From positions 3,561,077 through 3,625,076 of the forward strand of contig CAJINV010000011.1 of assembly GCA_905178155.1 (NCBI GenBank): 64,000 nucleotides of DNA. Direction: 5' to 3'. Each line of letters begins with the position of its first letter. Positions within the stretch are counted from its first letter, which is position 1. Position numbers and translations under genes: made by a program. The notes under the pieces were generated by a model. The model did not search any database, was not told where the DNA came from, and worked only from the letters and a program-made list of their open reading frames with translations. Source of the DNA: Amoebophrya sp. A120 (lineage: Eukaryota; Protista; Dinoflagellata). Of this stretch, positions 61,301 to 64,000 are shown piece after piece.

Positions 61301-64000
61301 GCGTCTGCTTTGACCAAGCCAGCAGCTGCAACAGCAGCAGAGATGATCATACCAGCGAGCAACAAGCCCGCTGGAACTACCGCCGCAGAACTGCAGCAGC
61401 AAGCTATTCTGAGCGCAAGCGTGACGGTCAGTTGTGCCTCGGAGCTGGGTGAAAACGCCGTGGACGTTTCTGAGCTGGAGGTTCAGCTCCGCGGTATCCC
61501 GACCGTGGACGATCCCATGGACATCGTGGCCAGCACGACACACGACACGGTTTATTTTGACATCTGGATGCCGGACCCGACGGCGGAGGATACCGAGTTG
61601 CTAGACAGTTGCAGAACGCTGCAAGTGCAGGACATTTTGATCCAGCGCGAGCTAGAGGCCACGGGTTATTTCGGCAGCAAGCACCGGTTGTGGTCGGAAC
61701 CCGAAATTCTGCAGGTAGAATCGAATTTTCGAATGTACCAAACCGGAAACATGTTCTATTCGACGCCTGATGGATCAACTGCGATGTCACAAGTCGCGGT
61801 TGCACCAGGCGGCACGAGAAAGAACAATAAGCACCAGAGAAAGAACGCCGAAGATTCGCCCGCGGCAGTACTCGGGAAGAACGACAGTGGTGAGGGGGGC
61901 GAATTCCTATCACGGCCGACAACCTCCAAAGCCGCACGGCACCAGCTTGCGCGGTACGACGAAGCGGATTTGATGCTGCGATTCAACAACAGCGCGCAGC
62001 AAAGCACCAGCTCTTCTTCATCTCCGCCCTCCCCGATTCGCAGCGACGAGCAGGGGGAGAGTCCGGACGGGTCGATTTCCCCGCGACAGAAGCGGCGCGC
62101 GCAGTGGGACCAGCGCATCCGGATGCGCAAGTTCGTGAAAGTCAGGGGAAAGGTCGCGACCGGGCTCCTGCCGGAGACGAGGTACGTGTTTCAGCTCGCC
62201 GGGCGCACGGAGGACGGGCACGTCGGCAAATACCAGCAGATTGAGGTGCGAACCAAGAAGATCGCGCCCAGCATGGAACAGGTGCGGCTGAGCGTGCACG
62301 AGAAAAACCGTAGCAGTTTGCTTTTGAAATGGGAGAACCCAACCTTTGACCGGGAAGATTTGGTCGAGGCGCACCTCGGATATTGCCTGAAAATTAACCA
62401 TCGCCATCCACTTTTTGCATGACAAACACAGACTTTACTACATGTTTTGCATGACAAGTTTGATGGGGATGTTTAATTTTCAGGGAATATCGGACTCAAC
62501 AAAATCATCGGCTACCACCTGCGCCACAAGAAGAAGGGCGACGCGAGTTGGCAGGAGCTGCACAAGATCGCCGTGCCCACAGAACTACTCACCTCAGGGG
62601 TGGATCTGGACCACCTGGCGGAAGTGGATCATCAAAGTGGTAACATTCCTTCTTCCCGTCCAGAAATCGATCTCTCCACCGGCAGATTGATTTCTTCCGA
62701 CAGCTCTGCGTCCGCGGTAAGCAGCTCGGACAACCGACCAGGTTCGCCGCTCTCCCGGTCAGCGTCCTCTTTCAGCTACAGCAACTTGCATCTGGTGTCA
62801 AATTTGGCCTCCTCCTCGCGAAAGGCAGCCGTGGACGGCGCGAGCAAGGTCGACCCGGCCTTGAAGGTGGAGACGTTCCACGATATGGAATCCGGCGGGT
62901 CAAACACCATGATCACCGTCACGCCCCCGTCGGGCTCGGCGCGGCTGTACCGACAGGGAAAGTCCCCCAGCTTCGCGTCGTCGAATGCGAAGTCGGCCGC
63001 GAGTAGAATCATTGCAGGTCAGCATCAAGTTGTACCAGCCGAAGCCGCGGGCACTACCCCGACAACAAACGACGAATTAGATGACCAGCAGCACATGCAG
63101 CCAAGTTACTTGCTGTTGCAAAACAGTCTCGGCCAGGATGACGCGGTTGCCACCACCGCTGCGCTGCAACAGCGCAGTGCGAACAAGCGAGCCCTGTTTC
63201 AACATCTTGGAACATCAAACGAGAGTGAGAGCTCCTTCCCGCCTTCATCTAACTCTGCGTCCTCAGATCCTCTGGACAAAATTCCCGAGTCCACCTCCAC
63301 GACAGAATCCCTGCTTGATCCGAAGGGGTCTTCTCCGGCCGGGGCAGTGGATTTGATGTATGCACGAGGAGGGGCCGCTGGGTTGATGAAGCTGACGGCT
63401 TTCCCTTCCGGGACCACAGCTGAGGAATCTGAGAACCAGCAGCTTCCCGGGAAGCCCATTTCAAACGCGGTCTTGTTTCGCCGCCGGGCCGGGGTGAACG
63501 AAGTAGATGTGTATGTCTCATCTTCTGGAACTGGACGAGTAGATGAAACTACACACCTTGAAGTAGATGGCTCTGGGCACAATTATTCCATCGACGACAG
63601 CGACGTGCAGCCGTGGATCGTGAGTGAGGTGGAGAACTTGGCGCCGCTGACCACCTACGTGTTCGAAATTGCGGCGGTCACAGACCGTGGCGTGGGCGCG
63701 TTTTCCAACGAATACAGCTTCACCACGCTCGGGCCGGCGCCGGACTTGGGCAAGCCCAGCGCGGTGGTGGTGCGGCCGAATAAAGTGCTGCTCAGTGTCG
63801 ATCTGCAGCTGGCGAACGATCCGGATAATTTGCGCTTGCTCTCCGACTTGTCAGCCTTTCAGGTGCGCTTTTACGAGACCGGATTGTTGTCTAAGTGGGA
63901 GGAGAGGCAGGTGCTGATGTGGCATTTGCTGGTCGACGGTGAACAGGAAATTTTGGAACAAGAGGAATCCGCCAGCAGCCCGACGCTACTCGGACCCAGA
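58323..64000 (+). CDS. Large fibronectin type III repeat protein, 5' part (runs off window)
   Basis: Exons 58323-58873, 59212-62380, 62495->64000. FN3 signatures are LTDLEPGTGYDVRF (created by GT-AG intron 58874-59211), LTDLSPLKHYLVRVAA, GLLPETRYVFQL, LLLKWENP...IIGYHLRH and NLAPLTTYVFEIAAVTDRGVGAFS. The true start may lie upstream. Confidence 0.82.
62381..62489. mobile_element. TIR introner, family I-like; shortest copy (109 bp)
   Basis: TATTGCCTGAAAATTAA ... TTAATTTTCAGGGAATA; perfect TSD TCGGA; removal gives HLG-LNKIIGY. Confidence 0.9.

Overview
This is eukaryotic genomic DNA, most consistent with a parasitic (Syndiniales, Amoebophrya-like) dinoflagellate. That assignment is inferred from a dinoflagellate spliced-leader relic, co-oriented genes and hairpin-type non-canonical introns. 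Ten protein-coding genes all lie on the + strand: the 3' part of a ferlin, an intron-free ~3,800-aa giant protein with a dispersed Ntox11-like toxin signature, an alpha/beta hydrolase, a PEX4-type E2, a class-3 lipase, GAPDH, a small secreted VWC-like Cys-rich protein, two unknown proteins, and the 5' part of an FN3-repeat protein. Besides ordinary GT-AG introns, I delimited by hand 38 MITE-like elements, all inside coding exons. Each starts TAT and nearly all end ATA, with terminal inverted repeats, a 5-bp target-site duplication (TSD) and a shared TTGTNATGC motif. Removing each element plus one TSD copy restores the reading frame, so they behave as transposon-derived non-canonical introns (introners) in about 9 families. 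One introner carries a nested 821-bp retroposon that begins with a spliced-leader-like sequence and ends in an (ATG)n tail with a 9-bp TSD. A second 1.1-kb non-coding insertion has a 14-bp TSD. All exon models are manual reconstructions without transcript data.
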